A stretch of 64,000 nucleotides of DNA from Fistulifera solaris (lineage: Eukaryota): assembly GCA_030295235.1 (NCBI GenBank), contig AP026153.1:434001-498000 (forward strand). The letters run 5' to 3'. The position numbers were made by a program, and so were the translations under genes. The notes below the pieces were generated by a model, which worked only from the letters and a program-made list of their open reading frames with translations, was not told the origin of the DNA and did not search any database. Positions 12,259 to 24,578 of the stretch are shown piece by piece (the first letter of the stretch is position 1; the number at the start of each line of letters is the position of its first letter).

Positions 12259-13347
12259 TTAATTGACCACATTGATGTATTCGCTTTCCGATGTGGCTCG
12301 CACAAAGGCTTTCATATTCTCTGCCGTCATGTCCACCAGTCGTTGTCGTGTTTCCAGACGCCGCCATCCCGTATGAGGTGACATCCATACATTGGGCAGT
12401 TGCCATAATTTCGAATCCGGAGGCGGCGGCTCGGTCGTGGTGACATCCAATCCAGCCGCTTGAATGACCCGTTCTTCCAAGCATTGTATGAGTTCCTCTT
12501 CATGACAGACACCCCCGCGACTGGTGTTAATGAGAAAGGCGGTGGGTTTCATCTGCTCCATTTGTTGATGACCGAACGATCTCCGTGTTTGGTCATTGAG
12601 AGGTGTGTGGAGACTGACGTAATCGGAATTTTGCAACAAATAATTGATATCGGTCGTGCACTCCACGTTCGGATGATTGTAAAGACTATGCCCCTCCGGT
12701 AAGGTGGGTTGACGACTACTGATAATGACTTTTTTCATTCCCAACGCCAACGCAATTTCCGCGACTTTAGTTCCAATGCGACCCGCGCCACCCACCAAAC
12801 CCAGTGTTTGATGTCCCACTTCATGCAACGGCAAAGTGAATGGACCCGTAAAGTTTGACCGATCGTTGTTTTGTAACATTCGTTGCTGATCAAACATACT
12901 GACGGCAAAATTCATCAAATACGTAATGGCCATGTGCGCGACGGCGTCGGTGGAATACGTCGGAACATTGCAAACGGGGATACCTTTGGATCGTGCGACG
13001 GCAATGGGCCAATTGTTGTATCCGGTACCGGCTTCACAAATGAGTCGTACTGAGGAAGGAAATTGTTCGACTACCGCGGCCGGAATGGCCATTTCTTTGG
13101 CCAAAACAATGGTGGGTTGATGTTGGTGCAGTAGTTGCAACATTTCATCCGCATCTCGAATAGCATCCACCCGATTCAAAACGACATTCTCACAAATCGA
13201 ATGCCACGAAGAAAAATCCAATTGTTGATCGTAATCCAAACGTGCCGCATTCAAAAAGAGAGCCGATGTTTCGTTTCGATGCTGTTTACTTGTTGACGTA
13301 AAAAAGCGTCGCGCGATTGATATCGTCGGCCGACGGCAAGCAATCAT
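12259..13347 (-). CDS. D-isomer-specific 2-hydroxyacid dehydrogenase (glycerate dehydrogenase/hydroxypyruvate reductase-like)
   Basis: Motifs GTGYNN, GxGxIG (GAGRIG), SLHTPL, LINTSRG, AGLDVTTTEP and SPHTGW. The Arg/Ser/Thr-rich N-terminus resembles a mitochondrial presequence. Confidence 0.92.
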   Translation of the reverse strand: MIACRRPTISIARRFFTSTSKQHRNETSALFLNAARLDYDQQLDFSSWHSICENVVLNRVDAIRDADEMLQLLHQHQPTIVLAKEMAIPAAVVEQFPSSVRLICEAGTGYNNWPIAVARSKGIPVCNVPTYSTDAVAHMAITYLMNFAVSMFDQQRMLQNNDRSNFTGPFTLPLHEVGHQTLGLVGGAGRIGTKVAEIALALGMKKVIISSRQPTLPEGHSLYNHPNVECTTDINYLLQNSDYVSLHTPLNDQTRRSFGHQQMEQMKPTAFLINTSRGGVCHEEELIQCLEERVIQAAGLDVTTTEPPPPDSKLWQLPNVWMSPHTGWRRLETRQRLVDMTAENMKAFVRATSESEYINVVN

Positions 13348-13533
13348 TATTGGCTTGTACTTTGTAGATGATTGCCGTCAAAGGAGATTAACTGAAGCGA
13401 AAGATCGATGAGTCGATGAAGATGGTTTGTACAGCTTTGTTGATCGCAATACTGGTAACAACAACGAGAAAATTTTTTATTTTTTGTCATTCCATCTCAT
13501 CGCGAAAGTGACGTCGACATACGTCACATATTT

Positions 13534-13588
13534 CATGACTGAAACCAGTCTTGTTGAAAACGGACAACACTGAGCTATGAGCTATAGT
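13534..13588 (+). repeat. Dispersed ~57-bp twin-hairpin repeat, copy B
   Basis: CATGACTGAAACCAGTCTTGTTGAAAACGGACAACACT...GAGCTATAGT. Confidence 0.75.
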
Positions 13589-13930
13589 AACTATTTTTGT
13601 GCATCCTTTGTAAGGATTTTCAAACTGAAGATCGAGGATTGCAATGACAATAACGTAGGAAACATTTAGGAGCAGATCAAAGTCTCAATTTGTCAAACTG
13701 ACATCTTCTCTGGTCGGAACGCTGCTGGCGTTGAACAGGAAAAGCTCTCCAAATTAACCCGGGACTGACACTATGTCGAGTCGTCGGACAAGTACGCTTT
13801 GCGAGAGAGTAAAATTTGCAATGAACGCGATAAAAAATACAGAACATTATTCATTCAATATTTTTCATCTTACCTAGCTTCGAGCGATATAGAATCATAA
13901 GCCAAGTTTTATTTTAAAAAGATTTAGGAC

Positions 13931-15587
13931 TTATATTGCTCGAAAAAAGCTCCGAGAGAGTTGCACTTTCCGTGGAAAGAAAGCAGCCCAATATGATTGC
14001 CGTGCAACACACGCAGCAATTTTTCGGCTCTTACTGCAAGGTGTTGCTGTTTGGATGGAGAAAAAACATATGTATCCTGGAGAGTAAAAATAACTACGTT
14101 GAAGGAACATTTTGAGAAGCCGGACACTGAAACAACTGAGGGAACTAGCAAAATGAAAGCCAAACAGCGAATGGGAGATGGCTCCTAACATTTGTCCGAA
14201 GCATCCTAGCTACAAATTAGAAAAACAAAGACAGCTTGCATTTCATACGCAGCAACTCACGAAAACGCGCTTAAATACGAAAGAGACAGTGCTTTGGGAT
14301 TATTGGAAACCGAACATAGAGTTTACGTACGAAATCACGCTTGAATGATGCAGCACTCGGTAGGGAGAACTGTGTTCAACGAAACTAAAAGCGGAAAGGA
14401 CGGGGGCTGATGGCGTTTCGTCATTGATTTCGTTCCAAAATTCCCAGGTATACTCAGTGCCTTTTTCTTTCATAGCTTTTGCGACGAGCATCGCCTTTGC
14501 TGCAATCTTGGCGCTTACGTCAAATTACCGATGGCTTTGTATGAAAGTGCGGTGGTCATATACGCGCTAGGAGAAAAGATGTTCACTGCCATGTAATTCT
14601 CTCCACGTTGAATGCACAGAGGATAATGCTTCATCTGATAATGGCATTCTTGTTCGCCTCTGAACATCTCATTTCGCTGGTCCAGTGCCATTTCATCTGG
14701 CACAGAGAAGCGTCGATTCAGCATTTCGTGAGAGTACGACCGCATCCGCCCCATTTTCCAAGTTTCGTGTGCATTTCGGCAATTCGCAGGTAAATTGCAA
14801 CCAAGTCTGGCTTGCACATGGCGCCGCATTTGGGATCGAGATTTTCCTTTTTGCTTCTTCTGACGGTTGAGGTTTGAGCGTAACATTTCGCTGCTAGGTC
14901 CACAATTTTGACACAGTTTTCAGCCTCCGGAAGAGCCTTCTGTAAGACAGTCAATGCAGCATTGTGATCACCGAGCATGCTCAAAAGTTGAGCTCGATCT
15001 AGCAAGAACGTATGCTTCAGAACTGGATGACCTGTCGCCACACACTTTTTCGACCAAAAGCCAGAGCTTCAGACAACATGGCATTTCGTTCTTTTTCTGA
15101 CAAATTGCCTATTTCAACACGTGCAATAGTAGCAACGACTTTCGCCTTGGAAGACTGGATCATGTCAGGCATCGGGCCGGGGCAACGAGGGCAGATATTG
15201 TACTCCGTGCCTTTCGACATATAGCGGTCCCCTTGAAATTGGAGTAGACAAGGCAGCGCGGCGTGCTTGCAGTTGCTGCACGCAACCGGGTCAATGGCTG
15301 CTTCTCCCAAGCAGATTCACGCAAGCAACAGCCGGTCCTGAGCTCGCAACTGTTGTTCCCGTGAACACTTTGCCCGTCGGACTCGCGTTTGCAAGAGGAA
15401 CCAACCTATTCAAAGTCGCGGTTGTGAACTGACAAATTGGCTTGTGAAACTTCCAATGAGCTTTCTGACAGTCTCTGTTGCAGTAAAAGGCCAAGTTGCA
15501 GCCCGAGCACCGCTTCTTCGGGTGTTGCTGCCCGCAGTGTTGCGCATCACACGTAATGAACTGTTGTAATGTACTGAAGTCCGCCAT
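13931..15587 (-). pseudogene. MYND zinc finger + RING-like + TPR-like gene with many frameshifts (pseudogene or poorly polished assembly)
   Basis: CSGCNLAFYCNRDCQKAHWKFHKPIC is a MYND finger. A RING-like Cys pattern (C..C...CSNCKH...C...CPRC) is split across ORFs 15291..15587 and 15017..15310. TPR-like helices occur in 14718..15041 and 14515..14886. At least four frame changes; probable intron at ~14211..14261. Confidence 0.65.
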
Positions 15588-16654
15588 GTTACTCAGCGAT
15601 AGGTCTTGCGAGATTTAGAGGACGTTGTTCTATCGTAAGGAAGAAGTGATTGCTTCTTTCAAGTTCTGAAGCTCAAATAAAAGGTTTGATGCGGTCGTCG
15701 ATCAATGGCAATGCTCTATTATCCACGGCGGCCTTTTCTTGCGCTTCTTTGACTAAAGCTAAAAATGCCACGTACTACACTTTTGATGAGTGTAAGGTTT
15801 GAAGGGTCATTGATGCATCAACAAGAAAAAAAGATCCGACAAGCGTTCCGACTCCCACCCCGTGAAGCTATGGGCGAAATCAGGTAGTTTTGGCAATGTT
15901 TTTCTGTGTTATTAGGCTTACAGCAGCGAATAATCCGCTTTTGTTTGGTTGCGTTCAAATAAGAGCTCGCGGAAACAAAATCGCCTATATCGCGTTTAGC
16001 AGGTCTTTATATGCGACTTGCCGCTGTTATCACCGTCTTCCTGGATACAGTTGATGATGATTGCATATCGTTTGCTACGTTCCGTTACCGAATTCGTCTG
16101 CAATAGCGCGTGAAACGGAGAGTTTGATTGCTAAATCGTTTCACTTGTCGGGACTGCAATTTTGTCGATGAAACACAAGCGCTATGCCCTTACAGCCTCA
16201 CGCTAGCAAAATCTAGAAAGGCGAGAGTTTGTTTTGCTTCTCTCTTATTAGCTACATTAGCAACAGCAAAAGTTTTCGATAATACCAGGTATCCAAAAGT
16301 AAATGCTTTATTCGCCTCTCTAGCTCTCTAGAGGGGGCTCACGGGAGACCGGTAGGGTCAGGGTTAAAATTCAAAGGGCACAAGACAAAACAGTTTACAA
16401 GACAGTAAACTAGCCAAATGAAGATAAGCTCCAACCTTGATGTTGCCTGTGCGTTAGATCGCACGAGCTTGGCGCATGCGCCCCGGACTGCAAACAGACG
16501 CAAATGATGAGCATACGCGGCGGCGAAAACGATGAAAACAAAAACTTCATTCATAGTCGTCTTTCGTCGCTTCTCATCAATACAACAATCCCTTCGTCTA
16601 ATAAGATAGTAGCATCACAACCTATTCAAAATCGTTATTTAATAAAGCTATATC

Positions 16655-17470
16655 ATGATGTTTCAGTGTACGAAGTCACTTCTGTTTTCTTGCTTACTTA
16701 TGGCCTCCTCTATTCAGGCGTTTGTAGTGCAAACGCCGTTGCTATCCCTCAAAGACTGCACTTCAGGTATGACGAAGGTGTTGTTGAAGAGGAGAGAAGA
16801 TAGAATTGAAAAAGAACAGCAAAAAGTCGCAGTATAATTGCTGTGAGTCGGTTCTTTTCTGTGTCGATTTTCGTCTCACTCATTGTTTATCTTACAGGCC
16901 GCCGACTCCGACGTTTCTTTCGACAATTTGGACGGTTCCCAAATGCGCATTGGAATCATCAAGACCCGTTGGAATGAAGAACACGTCAACAATTTGGTAG
17001 CAGGCATTAAGAAGGGACTAAAAGAATGCAAAGTTAGTGACACGAACATTTTCGAAACATCGGTACCCGGATCTTTCGAATTGCCCATGGCCGCCCGCTT
17101 CCTGGCCTTGACGGGGACATGCGATGCCATTATTACGACCGGCGTTCTCATCAAGGGCGATACGATGCATTTTGAATTCATTGCCGATGCTGTCGCCAAG
17201 GGCATTATGAACATTGGATTGCAAACCTCGACGCCCGTCGTGTTTGGTGTTTTGACCTGTCAAAATGAACAGCAAGTCAAAGATCGTAGTACGGGTGACA
17301 ACAACCACGGGTACGATTGGGGTAAAACGGCAGTCGAAATGGCGTTGCTCCGCACGGAGGCGTTGGGTGGTAAGAAGGGAGAAGAATCGAAGGAAATGTT
17401 GGCGGCCATGGGTTTCGGTAAAGCGGATGAGGATAGTGCGAGCAAAGAGAAGAAGAGTGCTTTCTTCTAG
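16655..17470 (+). CDS. ribH: 6,7-dimethyl-8-ribityllumazine synthase, plastid-targeted
   Basis: Motifs IGIIKTRWN, VPGSFELP, GVLIKGDTMHFEFIA, PVVFGVLT and GYDWGKTAVEMA. Exon 1 encodes a signal peptide ending IQA-F. The acceptor ends at 16897; the donor is uncertain. Confidence 0.95.
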
Positions 17471-17565
17471 GTTTTCACCACACTTGACGATCAATGACGC
17501 GGTTACTTTCTCTTTAGTCTAGGAGTGCGACTCTGCTAGTACTAGGCATGACTATTATCTTAGAG

Positions 17566-18936
17566 TTATTGCTGCTTTTGTAGAAACTGGGCACTCGTCT
17601 TTCCGTCCCAAAAAAGACTATCCACGCTCTGCACCGCTGCGGCATCAATTTCCTCCAAACCACGTACTTTGGCCAGTTGCATGGCCGGCGTCAGTAATTG
17701 TACTGCAAATCGCAAACTCGTACGGACGCCGATCTGTGTTAACAGATCCAACGCCTCGGGCTGCATCTTCAACTGCTCCGTTTGGGCGCGTGTCGAAAGA
17801 ATTTGTTGCAGTTCCGCGGCTTCGTATGGTCGCGTCGGGACAATCAACAAACGATCCAAAAAGTCGGCCGGAATGCCGTGCGGACTGATCAAACCATCGG
17901 CATTGCGAATTTGCGTCATGCCCCGGTTGGTGGCCAACACCAGAATGGGTGACAGTGGTGATTCCAAACTGCGATGCAAAAACGTAAAGGCCTCCAAATC
18001 CAACATGTGAACTTCATCGAGAAACAAAACACCCGGAACAAATTCGGCAACCCCGTCGGCAATGTATTTCTGTACAACTTTATTGATTTCTTGGCGTAAC
18101 TTGTCTGTGATTTCGGTCTTTTTTGGTTTCTGCAACGATGACAACAACGTCGAAACATCGCGGGGACCCGCCGATGGATGTGCGTTGGCGACATCCAGGT
18201 CATGCAAGGTGACGTCTTGGACGACTTGTCGTTTCTTGTGAACTTCACCTTTCGGTAAAGCCACGTATTCTTCTGCCTCCAAGTCAAACTCGGTTGCAAA
18301 ACTATCCGATCGTCCTACTCGCTTCACCGCGCCTGAATTCGCTTCAATATAAATGACATCACCCACGACTACCTTCTCTTTTTGCAATGCATCGTACATG
18401 GTCGGATCCAATTGCAATGTTTTCGTTCCTTTGGTCGTCTTTAAGGTCAACACCACATGACTAATCGTTCGTCCGTACGCTTGCAAGGCATCTTGAGTCT
18501 CCTGTACGGTCAATTCCGTGACTTCTCCTTCGTACACTTCTTTCGTTTCCCGAATCCGCAAACCCATGGCTTGTCGAAAATGTTCCGCCAAGACGGCCGT
18601 CGCCGACACTTCCTGGCTGTACACCCGCGACGCCGCCAACGCACAAAAGGGAACACTCGGTCCCAGTTGCTTCGCCAGGGCCAGTGCTAACGCCGTTTTG
18701 CCACTCCCGGGTGGACCGACGAGCATGAGAGCACGTCCTGCCACACGTTGTTTTTGGATCAAGTCGGCCCACAAACTGAGAGCTTCTCGCGCCGCCGTTT
18801 GTCCCGTAAGACCACACGCATCGCCATCGAGCCCGCGAATGTGCGAATGCGCGGCAATGCGGTTTGTTTCGCCCGAATTATTTTTGTTTTTGTTGGAAGC
18901 TAGTGTTACGGGAGGTCGTTTCGGAGCGTCGGACAT
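17566..18936 (-). CDS. RUVBL1: RuvB-like AAA+ ATPase 1 (pontin/Rvb1)
   Basis: [11 protein letters not shown], Walker [39 protein letters not shown], Walker [11 protein letters not shown]. Confidence 0.96.
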   Translation of the reverse strand: MSDAPKRPPVTLASNKNKNNSGETNRIAAHSHIRGLDGDACGLTGQTAAREALSLWADLIQKQRVAGRALMLVGPPGSGKTALALALAKQLGPSVPFCALAASRVYSQEVSATAVLAEHFRQAMGLRIRETKEVYEGEVTELTVQETQDALQAYGRTISHVVLTLKTTKGTKTLQLDPTMYDALQKEKVVVGDVIYIEANSGAVKRVGRSDSFATEFDLEAEEYVALPKGEVHKKRQVVQDVTLHDLDVANAHPSAGPRDVSTLLSSLQKPKKTEITDKLRQEINKVVQKYIADGVAEFVPGVLFLDEVHMLDLEAFTFLHRSLESPLSPILVLATNRGMTQIRNADGLISPHGIPADFLDRLLIVPTRPYEAAELQQILSTRAQTEQLKMQPEALDLLTQIGVRTSLRFAVQLLTPAMQLAKVRGLEEIDAAAVQSVDSLFWDGKTSAQFLQKQQ

Positions 18937-19647
18937 GTTTATGGAGGCTGCGTGCGGATACTTCTCAAATGTGATACTACTGGGGTTGCGCTAAAAATGC
19001 CTAAATATGAACTGTCTTCCAGTTAGAAGGCTCTCTCACTGAATAAATTACAAAGTAGGCAGATTCAAGCAACAAGAAGTGCAAGAGATGAGAATTGCAG
19101 CAGCAACAAGAGGAAAAAACAAAAAAGATCTTCGCATGTTTTTGCGGCGCGCGGATTGGACGTGGGTCTCTTGGTCTGTCGAGCGTGCGCTCTTTCATTT
19201 TGAACTTAAGGATGGAAATACTGTGAGAAGTCGATCGCCTTCGGCCTTCTTTCACAAGTACTTTGGGCACACTGTGCGTGACGTGGTTCCTGCGAAATGG
19301 GTCATTTAGGCCGTTGCTTCAACTGAACTTACACTATTTCCTATACAGAACCAACTAAAGTTGAACTTTAAGCAACAAGGCCAACGTCAGGTCATTCTCA
19401 TCTCTCATCATCTCAATCAATCGGCATTCTGCTGTTTCTCGAAACGGACACAGGATGAAAAGCGTTGTGCGAAAAGAAAAAATACAACAATAATAGAACA
19501 ATGCAACGACAACAACAGATACATGTAATACTAAGATGCTTTCTATGTTATGATGCTTGACTACGATCCAGCACGAAAAAGGCGAACGCATTCCCCCTGC
19601 GTGTCCAACAGGAAAGACGAACGAGCGATTAGTGGAATTCTTCGGCT

Positions 19648-21062
19648 TCAAGCAAACTGCTGAAAAATATCCGGTTGCATTAATGCGCTCAAGTGATGTC
19701 GATGATCGAAGAGGAATCTCCTCCAAATGATCCAATCACCTGGACGGGCGTATTGAAAGGGGTAAAGCCTCGTTTGTCGGCAATGAGAAAGAGAGACGGA
19801 TCACGAGCAATGATCCAGGAGCAAATCTCGAGTTGGGGTTCGGGATTCCAACAAGCATCGTGCAACGGCGTGCGGCCATAATCATCACGCACACGGACGG
19901 AAAGTTCGACCTCGCTCATTAAAAACTGGGCCATGTCACGAAAACCTCGCCGACAAGCCAAATTCAGTAGGCCTTCACCAAATCGATTGTAACAATCCAG
20001 TGCGGCCTTACCTTGTTGTTGAAAGAAGTCACGTAGCTTAGCAACATCATTGCTGCGAGCAATTGTTGTAACCTCGACGGTGTAAGCTTTCATTTGATCT
20101 TCCGTGATAACCGGGAAAAAGTCTTTGAGTTCGAGGCAAGGCTTAACTTGGAGTTTCTGACAGAACATTGCTTCAATCAAGTCGGCAAGGAAAGCATCGG
20201 GGTGTACATTAGCAACAGATGGATCAGGGAGCGATCGAGAGGAGATCGAGACCTGACAGGAGTTTCTCAGTGTGGGCGGCGAAGGCGATCGGGACTTTTC
20301 GGCTTTCAGTGAAACCAAGTCGCTGTTGCTGCTTCGTTTCTTCATGTTGGTACATGAATTTGTTGTTACTTTCGATTCCCCGGACTCACGTCGCTGAATG
20401 AGATATTGCATAGTCTCTTGCGCCTTTTGCATGAGGTACTCTTTGTCACCATCAGAGAGACCTTCGGGCCGAGCTTTGTTATCTGCAACAAAGAAAGCAC
20501 CAAGACGATAGCCCTCGGGAGAAACCAGCGGAACTCCTGCATACCATCGTACTTTCGGGAACGCTGTCACCAGAGGATTCTCGCGAAAGCGATTGTCTTC
20601 CAGAGTATCACACACTTCGAACATCGGATCTAGATTCAGAATAGTGTGTGCACAAAAGGCATGATCTCTGGCAACCTCTTTGAAAAGAATTTCACGACCA
20701 GGCGCCGATGCTGTTGATTTGTACCACTGGCGACCGAGATCGATAAAGCTCACGTGAGCCCAGGATGCATCAAAATGTTTCCGTACCGTCTCTGTCAGTG
20801 AATCGAATGCTATTTCGTTATCAGTTTCCAGAATTTGAAAGCTGCGAAGGTTCTCCAGTCGCGCTGCTTCATTCTCGATCGATTGCGGAAGCGAATTGGA
20901 AATGTCCGGGCATTCTAGTCGCCATGAGGACTGCGATCGATCCTTCAAATCACCCTTTTCTTGCTGTATTGAACTCAAATCCATCTTTTGAATGGCTTCT
21001 GTAAGCTCTTCGGTGGAGTCAAAGTCCAATACAGAAGGATACTTTGTTTTGGGGACGCCCAT
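19648..21062 (-). CDS. GAF-domain + ankyrin-repeat protein; C-terminal frameshift
   Basis: GAF: EAARLENLRSFQILET...AFCAHTIL...DTLEDNRFRENPLV...RWYAGVPLVSPEGYRLGAF. Ankyrin: GEGLLNLACRRG, DDYGRTPLHDACW, DKRGFTPF. One extra base at ~19756 restores QYARPGDWIIWRRFL, ending at the stop at 19648. Likely start MGVPK at 21062. Confidence 0.85.
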
Positions 21063-22711
21063 TGTGCTTGTGTTGCTTCGAGTTGTTGCAAAGAACGTTT
21101 CGTAGTCCCTGACGCTTTCGTGAATTGTGACCGTAAAGGCTCGATGAATTGGAATCGATTTACAGAAGGGGAGATGACGGAGGCGCTCTATAAAATAGCA
21201 AGTAAAGTGATAATAACCCCGCTTTCTGCACTCTCTGATGCAATCGTTCGACGAACCAACAGACCTTTTCTTTGAACAAGCCACGGCAGCAACAACAGAC
21301 TGACCACAAAAAAAAGGACGACGACATGCACCCCAAAGCTCATTCTCGTTAACAACCAAACGCGCCACCTCGCATACTTGCGGGGTCTCTCCCGCTCTGA
21401 CTCAACATTCTTTTTCTGACATGGTAAAATCCTGGCGAAGGACAGATGGCTTTCACTTTCTAGCTCACAGTGCAGAAATGGTTTGTCCTCCCTTCTCTGC
21501 TTTCTGTCCCTGTCAGACACGGCGAAGGGCGCGTGCCGTGCGCGTGTGACGTCGCACTCGTCGGGGTTGACAAAGAAAACAGGCTGCCCTTCGGAGTTTC
21601 TTCCAATTTCATTGGCTGGAAGAAAGAATGGCTTCGGAGGAGCTGGGCTGTATCCCTCAAATAGTACATTGCATTTGCAATCTTAGTCTTGTCTGCACTT
21701 GGCGCATGAATGAATCTAACACACACAGGATATCATCAAAGCATGTTCATCTTGCCTTGATGATTGTTATTGGCGGGCAAAAGACCGACAAGTCAAGCGC
21801 GAAATGAGGAAGGTTAGTCTAAGTTCAAACCCGATTCATTAGTCTAGTCCGTTCGTATCGAGCGAAATGAGCGCCTACGCCCAACCAATCAGGCATTACT
21901 TTACTTCGAGGACTTAAATCCAAGAGATGAGATGCAAGTCGTAAGATAACAGCTTAGCGTTGCTTAACAAAGAGAGTCCTTTCTTTGTATTTTGGTCCTA
22001 GCTACGGTACGGGACGAAGCAAAGACGAAGCGGAGTAAATTCAAGGCGTAATACAAAAATCCACTGCAAAAGACAATGACGGGTAGACGACACAGAGATC
22101 TTTCGAAGTAGAGGTTGACACAGATTGTCTCCATATTGATAAGAGGATTGCGATGAGTCTCAACAAAGGAGATCACTAACTCAATTATTATTTCTGTTAG
22201 GCAGTTAGGTAGCTCCGTATTTTACGAATTCTGGTAAGGTTTCAGGTTAACACCCTAAAAACCCTCTTTGCTTGGTACTATTTGATTTCAAGTACCGGTA
22301 CTTTTGACTTGAGGAGAGAACAAAATGACATTTGCAGCGACACGGAACAGTACATCCGTTTTCCATAATCCATAATCCATAATCCCTAAGCCTTTCCCCT
22401 TTCCCCTTTCCCAAATAACTTTGAAGGAATAATGTCGGACATTGTGAATTGTGACTTGTGACATTCTCAATTTCACTATTGTAATTCGATATTGTAAGAT
22501 GAATGACCTAATGACTATGACGTAATTTTTGCAAAATTGCAATACTCCGATTTGTGACTCTTGCGTGACTTTGTGGGCATTCGTGTCGCGTAGCTATTTT
22601 TTGTTCGAAACGAAACAAGCAAAACACACACCATCCGCCAACCTTTGTTGCTTGCTTGTATTATTGCTAGCGCTCTTTCAAATAGGACAACATATTCAGT
22701 GTTAACGCGAC

Positions 22712-24331
22712 ATGAAACTCCAGCGCATAACTTTTGTGACGGCTGGCTCACGCGGGGATGTGCAACCTTATCTCGCCATCGCTCTTGCGTTAAAGGAACG
22801 AGGCTACGAGGTGCGCTTTGCGACAAGTTGTGAGTTCGAAAAAATGATCCAGTCTTTTGGATTTGGATTTGCGGGTATTTTTCCAAACGTTGCGGCAGTT
22901 CTAAAAGAGAGTCCGAAGCTAATGCAAGCGATGCAAAACGGAGAAACCTTTACGTTGAGTGCCGGAATTTCTGCAGCTAACGCCAAGGTCGCACCCCAGG
23001 CATTCGCTAAATTCCAAATCGAGCTTGAACAGTATCCTCCGGATCTTATTGTTAAGGGATCGCTGACTGAATTTTTGGTGTATCATGCAGCTCTGACGCG
23101 CAAAATTCCTTTTTGCGACGTTTGCATCATGATGCCGATTCATCACCCCGACCGTCCTTTATTTGGATTTCCAAAATTACCGTTTGGTCTGCACAGTATC
23201 TTTCCATGGCTGTTGTTGACAGCGTACTATAACGGGCAACGTGTGTATGACTGCGAAAACGTCGTTGCTCGTCGATGGAGTAATGCAAGGTTTCGTCAGG
23301 CTATGACAAATCCGGTGATCCCTCGCATTTGTCTGGCTCCGTCACTCGCACGGCCGATCCTTTACCCCTCCATTGATGGCAACTTTAAATTTGTGGGATA
23401 TGCAACAATAGCATCGGAAAATCAAATCAAATCGCGAACTGGATCTTCATTTGGTGATTTGCGCGTGCAAACGCAAATTCAAGAGTTTCTAGATCAGTCG
23501 GCGGGCCAGGACTGTATCTACATGGGGTGGGGGAGCATGGTGTCACGTTCACCGGAACACATGACCGAGTTTGCAGTTCGGACCCTGCAGCTTGTCCGAA
23601 AACGAGGAATAATATTGTCCGGATACGCGAATCTGGGAATGCAACACATCAAAGACGTTGAATTGCTAAAGTATGCTCGCGAAAACATCCTTTTCGTTTC
23701 CGAAGCCCCACACGAATGGCTTTTCCCAAAGGTTTCGTTGACGATCCATCACGGCGGTAGCGGGACAACAGCTTCCGCCTTACGATCAGGAAAACCAACC
23801 ATTATCACGCCAGTGATTTTCGATCAATGGGACAACGCACATTTGATTAATCAACTGGGATGCGGTTATGGATTTGAAAAGCAGCAGCTCCACAAAGTTA
23901 CAAGCGATGATCTTGCGGAAGCAATCGATATGGTTCTTGGCGATCGTCGCTTTTCCGTACATTCTACTCAGGTTGCAGAACAAGTGCAGAAGGAAAATGG
24001 AGCTCGCGGTGCTGCAAAGGAGATTGAAGCCTTTTGGACCAGTTATGTGGTATCCAGCAGAATATGGTCATTGCTTCCTGGCCGACAATCAGAAAACAAG
24101 CAAATGTCTTCCGTTTTTCGTTTCTCTTGGCGATCTCTATTCGGGTTTGTGGGGTTTCTGGTGAGCTTTATTATTCCAAGAGACGCTTTTAGTCACAACC
24201 TAGTCACTACCCTTTCTTCAGCTCAAATAGAGAGAACGGATTATCAAATTGAAGAACTGCCTGATGATATTGGATGGTACGAATGCTCGGGGGATACAAA
24301 CTTATCCGCACGTGCTATTAAAAGTTGCTAA
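22712..24331 (+). CDS. GT1 glycosyltransferase, sterol 3-beta-glucosyltransferase-like
   Basis: GSRGDVQPYLAIALALKERG, IYMGWGSM, APHEWLFP...IHHGGSGTTASALRSGKPTII.P...DQ. Confidence 0.9.
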   Translation: MKLQRITFVTAGSRGDVQPYLAIALALKERGYEVRFATSCEFEKMIQSFGFGFAGIFPNVAAVLKESPKLMQAMQNGETFTLSAGISAANAKVAPQAFAKFQIELEQYPPDLIVKGSLTEFLVYHAALTRKIPFCDVCIMMPIHHPDRPLFGFPKLPFGLHSIFPWLLLTAYYNGQRVYDCENVVARRWSNARFRQAMTNPVIPRICLAPSLARPILYPSIDGNFKFVGYATIASENQIKSRTGSSFGDLRVQTQIQEFLDQSAGQDCIYMGWGSMVSRSPEHMTEFAVRTLQLVRKRGIILSGYANLGMQHIKDVELLKYARENILFVSEAPHEWLFPKVSLTIHHGGSGTTASALRSGKPTIITPVIFDQWDNAHLINQLGCGYGFEKQQLHKVTSDDLAEAIDMVLGDRRFSVHSTQVAEQVQKENGARGAAKEIEAFWTSYVVSSRIWSLLPGRQSENKQMSSVFRFSWRSLFGFVGFLVSFIIPRDAFSHNLVTTLSSAQIERTDYQIEELPDDIGWYECSGDTNLSARAIKSC

Positions 24332-24578
24332 GTTAAGAAATCAATCAGATTCCGCTGGGATCGCAACGACAAGCGCCTTTTGTTTGTTGCGACGTGACGC
24401 CGCCGACTAAAGATTCTAACCAGCTACTTTGGAGGAATGACGTTGAAAACTATGGCAAAATCCGTTTGAAACAATTTTTCAATCGCTGCTTGGTCAACTT
24501 ATGCTTCTTTGCCATAATAAATGCTAGCTATTCTCATTAAACAACATTTGATAATTTGCAAAGAAGCTAAGAGTACGT

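Noticed and set aside
22363..22385. Short heptamer repeats (CCATAAT x3; similar runs near 27240 and 37160)
   Set aside because: Ordinary slippage microsatellites.
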